Shown piece by piece: positions 12,876-24,784 of a stretch of DNA of 64,000 bases; positions within the stretch are counted from its first letter, which is position 1; every line of letters begins with the position of its first letter. Source of the DNA: Geosiphon pyriformis uo1 (lineage: Eukaryota > Fungi > Glomeromycota); contig JAAOMT010000258.1 in the NCBI GenBank assembly GCA_016748015.1, positions 746,173-810,172 of the forward strand. The letters run 5' to 3'. A program made the position numbers and the translations under genes. The notes beneath the pieces are model-generated. The model worked only from the letters and a program-made list of their open reading frames with translations. It made no database searches and was not told the DNA's origin.

Positions 12876-13472
12876 CTAAAAATTCGGCACGTGCCCTTCT
12901 ACTGCAAACTCCGTTACTCGTTGAGCTATTAATTTTACATTGGCTTTGCTATTCGAATCAAAATACTTTTTATAATCTAAACATAAGGCTCCAATGTACG
13001 CTTCAAAAGCTTCACCCTGCACGTTTACTTGGTCCTGAATCTTTGAAGAAACAACAATTTTATCCTTTAATCCAACTGATTTGCAAAATTGAGCTAAATT
13101 GCTGCGACTGATAATCTCACTACGAAGTGCTGTTAAATTGCCGACAGTCGCTTCTGAATATTTTTCTTGTAAGATAAAAGCTACTTGATATGAGAGTGCT
13201 GCAGCACCTAGGAATGCTAGACGATGAAATTTAGCGGGTAAAAGTGATGAAAGTTTTTTATCTAGTTCGTTTCCTCTACTTGGATGAAGAAGTGCCGAAT
13301 AAAAGAGGAGGTTATTGTTAATCGGGGGAAGATGAATTCCGTCGGCAGTCGGAAAATTTGCACTGAGCTCTTTAAGTAAATTCTTTTTTTCGAAGTTAAA
13401 TGTGTTGGAAAATATTGGGGGTAGAATTTTCAAGAATTTCACGTTCAAAGGCTTAATTGAATTTCGAAGCAT
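12876..13472 (-). CDS. Single-domain RNase III-family protein, copy B (198 aa), catalytic Asp replaced by Ala
   Basis: Close paralogue of 8062-8625 in convergent orientation, with an 11-aa insertion near the N-terminus. The signature reads RLAFLGAAAL (GAT to GCT). The reading frame is intact. Confidence 0.88.
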   Translation of the reverse strand: MLRNSIKPLNVKFLKILPPIFSNTFNFEKKNLLKELSANFPTADGIHLPPINNNLLFYSALLHPSRGNELDKKLSSLLPAKFHRLAFLGAAALSYQVAFILQEKYSEATVGNLTALRSEIISRSNLAQFCKSVGLKDKIVVSSKIQDQVNVQGEAFEAYIGALCLDYKKYFDSNSKANVKLIAQRVTEFAVEGHVPNF

Positions 13473-14579
13473 TTCTTTAACAACCAGTAAGATCTTTATT
13501 TATTTGCTCATCAAAAAAAAAATGGAGATCATGATACTGCATTATTTGATCAACCTGAAAAGTGGCTTCATATTACTCGATTTAAACTTTTATTGCTATT
13601 AATTATTAATTATTTAGTAATTTAAATTTATTTATAATTAATAGAAATTCAATAAGATTGAAAGGTTAATTTTGTTTATTATATTTGTTAATATATTATT
13701 AACTAGATTGTTAACAGTTAAGTTTTTTAACAAATTATAAATGATATATTTTTTGTTATAATTTGGCATATTTTATAATTATAAAATAATATAAAGTTTT
13801 TAAATTGATAACAAAAAATTCAATTCAAACAAAGTTGTTTAATAAGCTTAATGTAATTTTGTTATTTTTAATAAAAGATGTAATTTTAAGAATAATAATA
13901 TATATTTAAAAAATCAAGCTTATTAAAATATTTAAACTTTGTATTTAAATAATTTTTTTTGTGCAAATTTATCCTAATATTCTAATCTTATCTCCTTTGT
14001 CTCAATATTCTCATCCAATTTAGCAACTTCCTCATTTCAAAATCTTAAGCTTATCACTGTCCATTATTAAAACATCAAAAATAATTTTTTTTATATGATA
14101 GATCTAATAATTTTTTTTAATTGCAAGATTATTGTTGTTAACTTTAAAAAATTTCAAAGAAAAAAAATATTTTATAATTTGTGGTACAAAATGCTTTATT
14201 TAGGTGATAGATTATATAATAAATATATATTTACAAATATGTTTAAGTAAAAAATCTTGACAAAACTCAATTTATTTAATAAAAATTATATAAGTGACAT
14301 CCTTCTATCTTCATGAGGATTAAATAGTTTCTACAAAAAAATTGAATTTGAGTCAGTTTAGAATGGCTGATTCCCTACCTAAATTTATTCATAGTTAAAA
14401 CCTGTTTAATCAATTTTTGAGTAAGATTTGTAGGTGGCGGTAGAATTACATTTTTTAAGTTTAAGGCGTAAATAATTAAATTTATTGCGTTCATATTAAG
14501 AAACAGCATAAAATACCAACCCAGCCTTTAAGAAAATCCTCTTTTTATAATATTTTGTCACATTTTATCCAAACACATT

Positions 14580-15960
14580 ATGGAAAACCTTTGAAATTAA
14601 AAGGACTCGTCCAGAAGCTCATGATTGCAACGACTGTAAAAGGTGTCAAGATAGTATCAGAAATAATAAAGGAAGGAATCACTGTGGCGCATGCCGATTC
14701 TTATTTTTTGAAAAACTTTACAGACTTTACAAGTGGCAATAAAATGGTTGATGAAATAATTAAGAATCCAATCTATATTCCACCTAAGAGTAATAATAAA
14801 TATGATTCTGGTAGAGTTCATTATTATGAATGGATTCCATGGGAGAGTTTAAAGAATATTAACAAAATTGCAGAGGGAGGATTTAGCACAATTTATAAAG
14901 CAACCTATATTGATGTATTTATTGAAAAGTGGAGCATGAAGCATTATGGTAAAATCCAATATATAAGGGAATATGAAGGAAAATTTATGAAGACACCTGT
15001 AGTAATAAAATTTATGAAAACATCATTCCAGAAGAGCTAAGAAGTCTTTAAAGAGGTAATCGAATTATTATTTTATATTCATTTGAAGTTTAATTCCTAC
15101 TTATTTATTTATTTAAATTCTTTACATTTATTTAAATTTCCCTTTTAATAGTTAAATAATATAAGAGCTATTTTCATTAATAAAGGAGATATAGATGATA
15201 TATCTCGAATAAGAGGAATTACACAAAACCTTGAAACATTTGATTACGGGATTGCGATGAATTTTGCCTTATATGGAGACATGCGAAAAAATTTATCATC
15301 AAGATTTTATTCTACTAGTTGATCTCGTAAAGTAGATATCGCGGAGTCTATAGCTTCTGGACTTTCACAAATTCATAGAGCTGGTATGATTCATCGTGAC
15401 TTACACTCAGGCAACATTCTACAATATGCAGTTGATAAGGCATCAATTGGAGACCTCGGATTATGTCAACCTATAAACAATCCAACATTAAAGTCAGAAA
15501 CAACAACAACAGAAGAGAACAAAATATTTGGAGTGATTCCATACATTCCACCAGATGTTTTAAGAGGAGAAAAGTATACGATGGCAGGTGATATTTATAG
15601 TTTAGGAATGTTATTATGGGAATTAGCAACAGGAAAGCCTCCCTTTCATGATCTTCCTCATGACCACTTTCTTGTGAATGACATATTAAAGGGCAATAGA
15701 CCTGAAATTACCTTCCCTCTTATTCCACCTTGTATTGCTGAAATAATTGAAAAGTGTTGGGATGCCAATCCATTCAATCATCCTACTACTGAACAAGTTG
15801 CAGAGAAATTGGGAAAGCTTGAACGGTCAATGATAGAGTTTAAGGAATCAGATAAATACTTAAAAGAAATTACAGAAAACAAAAACCTCAACAGCCATTC
15901 ATCCAAAAGCAATTTATACAAGTCGTATTTTAACAGCTCAAATCGTTAATTTTTCTGAAG
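14580..15960 (+). pseudogene. TKL-type protein kinase pseudogene with Cys-rich N-terminus
   Basis: CNDCKRC...HCGAC, then NFTDFTSGNKMVDEII, IAEGGFSTIYKA, VVIK, IHRDLHSGNIL, IGDLGL, YIPPD and DIYSLGMLLWEL. It has frameshifts in A-runs near the start and in-frame stops near 15038 and 15320. Confidence 0.85.
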
Positions 15961-18122
15961 GTTAGTTTAAAAGAGTTTTTACATTGATTAATTCTTAAAT
16001 TTAATTATTATATATTAAAAATTTAATTTACTTTTTAAAAGAATTAATCTATTTGCCTGAAGGTAAGAAATTACTATAAGAATGTAATTTTATGTTTATT
16101 CTATTTTTTAACATTTATTTATATATTGCCATATATTTAGATGATCAGCAATCCTACATGAGATTTGATTTTTTATTTGATTAATTTATTATAAATTGTA
16201 TTTTTCACACCAAAAAATATTAAATTTAAATTCCTCACAAAATATTTAAAATAAATGCAAATTTGTAATTTTTATAATAAAAACTGCAATTCCTCAAATA
16301 CATATAAAAATTGTATAAATAATGCCATTTTTATAAAATTAATTTTAATTACTAAATTATAGTATTTTTAAATCAATATTTTATGTATAGATAATTATTA
16401 AAACTAAATTTAAAATTACTTGGTTATCAATATAATTTTTTTTTGTTTTTAACTTATAATAATTATCAAATTTATTATTAATTTTCATTTCTAACTTAAA
16501 TTATTGAGTTAAATTTTTTTATGTATTTATTAATGTTAATTATTCTTTTCGAAAAGCATAAAATCGTTTTTTTTAAATTAAAAACAAGTATGAAAAAAAA
16601 ATTTGTCATCAAAATAAGATAAGTTCATAATTTTTTTGTTCATTAACATATGTGATAGGATTATTTTTATCAATAAATATTTGATAAGAAAAAGATTAAT
16701 ATTTTTAAAAATTTAATTTTGAATGGATTAAAACTATAATGTTATTTAATAAATAATAATAAAATTTGTTTGTACTTCGATTTTCAATTTAATGTTTTTT
16801 TTTAATTTTTGACTAATTTTTATGTTTTTATAAATGATATCAGTTTGTTTTTTTGAAATATAAATTAATTTCTTAGAAGTGGTTTCAATTTTATAGATTC
16901 TTAAGATATTTGTATTTATGCCAGAAAAAATCTATTTTCATAAATTTTAAACGAAATCACGTTTTTTGAGAATATATATGAAAAAAATCTAAAACTTAAA
17001 ATACAACATTTTTAGACTTAATTTTACTTTAAAAATATTTGTATAAAGTTTTCTTTGGGAGTTAAAATCTTTTAAGATTAACTTTGGACATTTTTTTAAA
17101 AACATAATGTATATTTATATGTGAATATATCAAATTATATTTCATGTGATCATAAAACAATATATTTTTTTAAGCTTATTTTGATATTTAAAGTTTTTTT
17201 TTAAAAGATAAAGTTCAATTTGTCAAAAGAAATTTTTAATTAAATAAAAAGTGAACAGTTATGTCATTTTCGATTATTAAGAATTTTTTTTTTGCAAGCT
17301 TAATTAGAAATAAATAAATAAATACAATGTATAATAATGAGCTTTTAAGATATTTGAATATATTTTTTGTGAAAAATTGACTCATAAGAATTTTATTTTG
17401 TTTTTAAAGTGAGGTGAATGAGTAAAACTATTATGAAAAATGTTTAAAATTATCGTCTGAAACTTTTTAAATCAAATTTTTCTTACTTTCCATAATGTTA
17501 TGTAGTCTGGTATCTAAAATTGGCTTGATTAAAATTATTTGATTTTTAGGCATAAAGTTTATTTTGAAAAAAATTTCAGGTTTGTTGAAGAACAAATAGC
17601 TTTTATTTTTAAAACACTTAAAATATTTGAATATAGCAATCAACACATTTATTTATATTACTTATTCATAATAGACTTAAAATAGAATAGCTTTTTATAG
17701 TAAAAATGGTCAAATTTTTGAAACTAATTATTTATAAAAAATCTTTTAATGCTAAAATAAAATATTTATTTTCAAAAAAGAAATAAACTTTTGTTTCAAT
17801 TTACTAAAAGATTTTCTATATAAAATTTTCTAGATCCACTTTTCAAGTCAAATTATTAAAATTTTTTCCATTTAATATTTTTGGTTTTAAATACTGGTTG
17901 AGTTATAACTAAGTGTAAACCAATTATTTAAAAAATTACTCAAATATGCTAAATAAAAGTAAGTTGATCATTATATCATAAACTAAACTATCCATATTTT
18001 AAATTGATGCAAGCAGAATCAATTCGAGATTAACAAATATTAATTATCAATTTTTTTTTAATGTATATCAAATGTCAAAATAAAAAGAATTACCAAGAAT
18101 TTCAATTATATTTTTTCAATAT

Positions 18123-18126
<4 letters not shown>

Positions 18127-18160
<34 letters not shown>
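18127..18160. repeat. (AT)17 microsatellite
   Basis: Perfect dinucleotide run. Confidence 0.9.
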
Positions 18161-18164
<4 letters not shown>

Positions 18165-18559
18165 TGTTTTTAAAAGTTAATTAAGTTTTAGTTTTAAATG
18201 TAACTTATTTGTATATATATATAAATTAAAGCTTTTAGTTCATAATTCAAACATTATTTTAAGATTGTAAAAATTTTAAATTACTTTACTATTTAATGCT
18301 TTTAATATAATATCGTGACTTTATTAGCAATATTTTTATATTTTTAGTTTAAAAAATAACCATGTAATAATAATCATAATTTTTTATTAAAATATATTAA
18401 CGCATTAAAGCTATAAAGAAACAAGATATTCCTTCTTTAAATTATATCCTTAGTGGCATTTTGAAATCTATATAATTTAAAGGTTCATTTGAAAATAGTG
18501 CCTCTTTTTTAAAACCAACAGTTAAACATTGGATGAACAAAATTAGTCTATTTAGTTGC

Positions 18560-19910
18560 AGATAAGTATATTTCACAAAATTAGGTGAAATATAGATTTA
18601 TTCTGCTTTATTCATTCAAAAAAAGAGGCACGAAAAATCTCTAAGTAGTTTAAAAGAAAGGCTTTTCTGTGTACAAATATACAAAGACCTAAATTACAGC
18701 TTATCACATATCGGAGAAAAGAATTACTCCGAAGATTTGCAGTAAGAGAATTCAATAAGGTAATAATATATAAATTGTATCTATATGAACCTAAAATTTG
18801 TTTTGTTCATGAAGTAAAAATCAGTAAACTCTATTAAGAAAGTGTCATTTAATTGTTATATCAGAGTATTCTAAATACTTGAGATAAAAAAAGGGCTTAT
18901 AATTATGTCTTAATGTTTTTCAATTTAAATTTTTTTCTTAAGAATTTTTACATATCAATTTTAGGCTTGTTTTTTTCCTTAAGCACTCTGATGTTCTGAT
19001 AAAATGCTTAGATTTAATGAAGGCAAGTAAATGGTATAAGGAATAAGTTAAACCATAGAACTTGCTTGATAAAATTACAAAGTAACATAGTTGTTTGGTT
19101 TAATAGAAGATATTGAGGCTTCAAAATTAGCTTATCTGGAGGGTAATTTTTTGAAAGGCTTGTTTTCTCATGAAATTGTGGTGGAGAGTATTTTTTAACT
19201 ACTTAATTAACGATATATCCTTAGCATTATCATCATCAGCATACTGGAGAGCTTGCAAAAGAATCTCTGGTTTTGAAACATTTCGACATGATTCATAAGA
19301 ATTTGGATTATCACCCGTTTTTTCTCTCAGTAGCATAATTTAGTAAAGAATCCCCTTTATAAGTTTTTTAAAAATCTACGTTAAATGATTTCAAACTGTG
19401 AATTATATGATGACCTTTGTCAAAATTGATTGCGGCAAATAAGGCACTTGGACACGATGCCCATAGTTTGCGCTATTTGGGGAATATGTTATTGGGATTG
19501 GCTTTATTTTTAGTATTGCCTCCAAAATATCAGATTTATTGTTTGGAATAGGGAGAGATTCTCAGATATTTGAATTTGCATCAAGAACCAAAAGTGCATT
19601 TTTTATTGCTAGGCTTATTTCGGAAAGCCCTGTTTCTATCACTAAATTCAAAGCAGTATTCTGATCATGATAATTAATATCGAGTTTATTTTGATGGAAG
19701 TAACTACAAATCTTTTGGAATTTTTCGTCTTGGATATTATTTTTGTTTCGAACAATAAAATGAAATAAGTTTTGGCCAGACTTAGTCCTATCCATTGTAA
19801 TCCTGCAATTATCAGATATATCATTAGGATTATCTCCCTTTTAAAGATGCCTAAAAGCTCCAGACATATCACGACTCTTTATATAAAGGAAAAGAATCCA
19901 TTTACTGCCG
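18560..19910 (-). pseudogene. Decayed copy of the ankyrin half and 3' flank of the kinase-ankyrin gene
   Basis: RTKSGQNLFHFIVRNKNNIQDEKFQKICSYFHQNKLDINYHDQNTALNL aligns with ORF 40919. Reverse-strand nucleotide homology continues into the 3' flank (about 40870-42430), with many indels and stops. Confidence 0.85.
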
Positions 19911-20880
19911 GGTAGTTGCATTTTTAGAGCCAGAGTTTTTGAAAGATCAAAATTGCAAGAGGGGCTTTGCTTCAGATATTTATGCTTTTAGTGTAATTCT
20001 TTGGGAAATTTCTACTTGCAGGCCACCATTTTCTTTTACCAGTAAACACTTTTATCATCTATCTGTTGACTTCATTAGCATATATTTAGCTCTATAAACG
20101 ATGTTGGAGAAATCCTTAAAAAAGGCTAAATTTGATGAGGTTATTTAATCAAAGGTTTATACAATGTTTTAAGTTTAGAAATCTTTTTTATTATTTGAAC
20201 ATACATATGTTAATATTATCTGAAAATATTTTTGCATCTATATCATAGGAGCCACACACAAAAAAATGTGATGAGTTTAGATCCGGCGGTAAATGCAATC
20301 TTTTCCTTCATATAAAGAATTGTAATATGTTTGGTACTTTTTGGCATCTTGAGAAGGAGGATGATTCTAATGATTTGTCTGATGAAGACTTGACCGGGAT
20401 TGAATATACTCTTTTATTTGAATTAAATGTCATAATTACAGATTATGTTATAAATTTAAGGAATAAAATAGTGATTTTTATAACCAGGACTAAGTCTGGC
20501 CAAAAAATTTTTCATCTTCTTGTTAAAAGGAAAATAATATCCAACTTGAGCGCTTATTCAAATATCAAGCCACTAGTAGTATAATGGCCTTTCAAAGACG
20601 AATCTGATATTTGGAGGCAATTTTAAAGAATTCCCCAAACAGCACATAATATCCAAGTCCCTTATTTGCCGCAATCAATTTTGACAATGCTCATTATATT
20701 AAAGTCATTCAATGCCGATTTTGGAAAAACTTATGAAGGGTTTTCTTTGCCACTAACAGGAAAACCCAGGGATGATGATGAAATATCTTGTAGATTCTAT
20801 CGAAATGTTCAAAAATCGGAGACTCTTTCCCACACTCTCCAGCATGCTGCTGAACATATATTCTTGCCTAAGGAATAGAA
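19911..20880 (+). pseudogene. Second decayed kinase-ankyrin copy (kinase C-lobe plus deleted ankyrin region)
   Basis: VAFLEPEF, DIYAFSVILWEIS, KKCDEFRSGGKCNLFLHIKNC...FWHLE and KSFNADFGKTY are collinear with about 40225-41730, with large deletions. Confidence 0.85.
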
Positions 20881-21355
20881 AACCATATTGGTATTAAACA
20901 AGAAGTACAAGTTTGCATAAATCAATGTCCTACTTGTGCTAAAGATATCAATAATGGGTTTTCTTGGTCCTTACATGTGTTTGTATATATTTTCTCAATT
21001 TCTTAAGCCACCGAAAGATATTTTTGCCGTGCTGTTGAATTTATGAAATAGTCATACTTAGCTTCGAAAAAATCAATAGGTTTTGTATTTTTCTATCCTA
21101 ACCAATAATTTCATGACAAATAAATTTAGGCAACGAGAAAAAACTATGATTTATAGCTGCAATTTATAAAGTATTGCTGTATAAAATTTGTTCTATTTTG
21201 ATCCTCTTCTTTAATACGATAGAAGATTTGTATTTGACAAAGAAAAACATTACTCTAAAAATGGAAAACCTTTAAATAAAAGCGGTTTAATGCTTAGATT
21301 TTTCTATGTAATGACTAAAAGAATGGCAAAACCTAATTGAAATTCACTCTGAATT

Positions 21356-22280
21356 TTATAAAAAGAATGGGACAATAGCTTTTCTATCGAGAGGATAATT
21401 TTCTTTAAATTTATTTAAATACCATTGATGTGTTTTTAGAGCACGAGGAAACAAATTTGCAGCTGTCGCAAGAACAAAAACAAGTGCCGGAGGACTCCAC
21501 CATGCTGCAATAGAAAATCCAATCCATTCAATAAATTCTCCAAAATAACTTGGACAGCTGACGTATCGAAAATAACCACCATACGGAATTGAATAGTGTT
21601 GGTTCTGAGTTTTTTCAAAAGGTGTTTTTATATTCGATTTCAGGGCAGCCTTTTTCCTCAATGAAAATAAAATATTGTCATGAGATATATTTATAACCAT
21701 TCCAGTTAGAAAAATTATGATCCCAATGGCAACTCTTAAATAAATCCAGAAACCATGAAAGTCATCTCTTGTGTATTTCCCCAGTTCAATAATCCAATAG
21801 GTGTTGGTAAAGGCATTAAAGAAATTAAAAGTCATTCCACAGAGTATAGTCAGCAAGTGTATCGGAGCAATTCGGGGAGCACGAACGACGTAAATGAAGA
21901 CACGATTGGTATAATGGATTAGCCAAAGTGATATGAGTAAAATCTGAATGATTTTTAAAGACAGAGATGATGAAAAGATTGTATAAAGCAATGTTAAGGG
22001 GGAAACTACTTCCATTATTATCCAAGATATTTTCCCGGGGAACATTAAGAATTTTGTGTATGACCATTCAAATTTCCCTGGAACAAAAAATTTTGTTAGC
22101 CTTTCAAGATTTGGAAATAAAATGCTTTCAAAACTAAGCGATTAAATTACCGTATGGGGCATCAAGACAAGTCAAGAGACTAATGAAGAGAAGGGGAAAA
22201 GTACAGTATATCAAAAAGGCGTTGGCATAAATGTCATGTTTTTTATCAAGCCCCAAAATGTTTGATGTGCTGTTTCCCAT
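21356..22280 (-). CDS. 3-oxo-5-alpha-steroid 4-dehydrogenase (SRD5A/DET2-like), 2 exons
   Basis: Exon 1 MGNSTS...CLDAPYG, intron 22150-22078 (GT-AG), then exon 2 with WIIME, HYTNR, NISHDNIL..LR, YSIPYGGYFRYVSCPSYFGEFIEWIGF, NLFPRALKTHQWY and RKAIVPF. Confidence 0.93.
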
Positions 22281-23069
22281 TACGAATGAAAAGTTCGATT
22301 TTTTCAAAACTACATGTAAATGGAAAGGTCATGAATGATCAATAATCCGATTAATCCATTAATAAACTGATCGTTGCACTAAGAAACATGTTATTAAGTT
22401 AGCTTCATTGAGTCTAAATATTTTGTTGAACTAAAAATCTTGAATGAAAAGGGATAACCATCTATTCTCCAATTTATTAGCGTCTGATCCTAATAGCAAA
22501 ATAGTAACAAAAATAATCAAAACTCATGCCGTTATCTATCACAAGGTATATAATAGTAAATAAATAAGTTGCCGTGCGAATTAATTTTGTTAAAATATAA
22601 TATATATATCCATGTTTGGCAATGAAGGAGTTCAAAACCGTTATATCTATAGAATTTTGAGGTCTCATCATAAAAAACATTAGAATTTTTCAAAAATTAA
22701 TTTACCAAGTTTCATTGTTAAGAAACGCAATAAGATTTTTGATTTAGAGCTCAGAATCAGATGGAGCCAATGCCGAATAAATTTCATTTTGAAAATAATG
22801 TTCATAATCACAACCTTTACAAAGGAAAAAGATAAATCACAATCATGAAGTTACCACTTCTAACCCTAATTACATATTAATAGTTTTTTTTAAAGCGAAA
22901 AAGTGGTTTGGAGAGATTTCCAAAATGGCAATGATGGACAAGCTTTGTATAAATAAAAGCTTTATTTGATTCATGCATCAAAAACAAAGCAATTTTCATA
23001 TTTAAATGTGGGTTTTTGCGATCAAGAATTATAGAATCAACAAAATTGAAAGATTTAACCCAACCTGAG

Positions 23070-24404
23070 ATGCATTCAAAAATAGCTTTTTTAGGTGATT
23101 TAATTTTAGACAGCAACATTCCTTTTATTTGTTTCAAAGAATTTTCAAGCCTTGAATATACAAGTCAAGGTATCACTGGACAATTATGGCAGGCACATTG
23201 GAAAACCAGAAATAATAAAATTACCCTTCAAAATTTTACGCATATCCTGGAAAAGCAGGAAATTAGTATTCGGGAATTCATTAATGAGGTTGTATTCAGT
23301 GACCAAGATGAAATTTTTTAACCAACGACAGATATTTATTTTGAATTTGAAAATGTCACGGATTTCTCAAAATTGAAAGGTTAAATCGCTGTCTAAAATT
23401 CCGAGCCATCCCAATATTATCCATTTCTTGGGAGTGACTCATGGTTTGTTATTCCGTCAAAGGGCTAAGCATTGATAAATTTATCTTATAATTCTTGAAT
23501 GGTCTTCCAAAATCCAGATTCCGAAATGCAGAGATTTTTTCTTGTCTTGGAATATATGACTGGCCAAAATTTATCCCAATTTCTTGAAGAAAATCCTGAC
23601 CTTGATTGGCAGCAAAAAATTGATATTGGGAAAGAAATTGCAAATAGCTTAAAACATATTCATTCAAATGGTCTTATTCATGGAGAATTGGTAGGATTCA
23701 TGAAGCTCAATCATTTGAAATATTAATATTTGTATGAAAAATAGATAATTTAAATTTTTTTCTCCTTTGACTTTTATAAATTATTCCCAAAGTATCCAAG
23801 TAGAATACTTTTCGCCACAAAGAACTCACTTAAAATAACTGGTCTATGCCTTAACTCGGCGATTGAAGAAGCCGTAATCAGCAAAGCTCTTTTCGATGGC
23901 AGTATGATCTACATAGACCCTGCATTCCTTGAAAACCCAAAATACAAAAAAGTCTCAAGTTCGGATATATACAGTTTAGGAATCTTGCTTTGGGAGATCT
24001 CTAGTGGCCGACGGGCATTCTCTGTAAGTCAAAATAGAGGAATAATTCAACTAACATATGCGATAATTAACGGTGAACGCGAGGCTCCGGTTGATGGGAC
24101 GCCATACGAATATGTGAGACTTTATCAAAGATGTTGGAATTCTGATCCTTTAATCCGCCCTCATATCGATGAAGTAATTGAGGCGTTGGCTACCATCAAA
24201 TTATTTCAACAAATGGAAATAAAAAGTTCCAAAATGAGTGATCCTGAGAAAAATTTATCAGAAAAATCTGATACCATGCTGAAAAGTAAAAAAAGAATAT
24301 TTTTCTTTCGGTCAAAGTCTATGGTCAAAAAATTATATAGATTTTGGCGACAAATCATCAAAAGGATTAGAAAGCAAATGACTGAACGGAGAAAGTACTT
24401 GTAA
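23070..24404 (+). CDS. TKL-derived pseudokinase, 355 aa, 4 exons, basic C-tail (left arm copy)
   Basis: Exons 23070-23288, 23380-23443, 23518-23690 and 23793-24404 splice in frame. Motifs: ITLQ (no Lys), IHGEL, LKITGLCL, YIDPAFL, SDIYSLGILLWEISSG and RCWNSDPLIRP. Confidence 0.88.
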
Positions 24405-24667
24405 AATCAAGTATAAATGACAACTTTCTGGGCTTTGTCACGAATTTCGTAAGAAAAACATCAGCGTGTAGAAAATGAGTATCTTTTGAAATTTCTTCAA
24501 ACCAAATAATTCAATAAGTTTACAGTCATAATACTGAAGAAATTTGCATAATTTGTAATTGAAATTAAAAATTTCGGGGTTCGAATATATCAATTTTGTT
24601 TGAATGTGAACTTTGTAATGCTAATAGCAAAAGAATATTAGAAAATTATTCAAATTCATGTTTTTCA

Positions 24668-24687
24668 NNNNNNNNNNNNNNNNNNNN
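24668..24687. other. Assembly gap (20 N)
   Basis: N run. The sequence after it repeats 22973-24667 at offset 1715. Confidence 0.98.
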
Positions 24688-24784
24688 ATGCATCAAAAAC
24701 AAAGCAATTTTCATATTTAAATGTGGGTTTTTGCGATCAAGAATTATAGAATCAACAAAATTGAAAGATTTAACCCAACCTGAG

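Noticed and set aside
23070-24404. Direct MLKL orthologue
   Set aside because: The motif resemblance exists, but there is no N-terminal four-helix-bundle/HeLo-like domain, and the intron pattern ties it to the local fungal TKL family.
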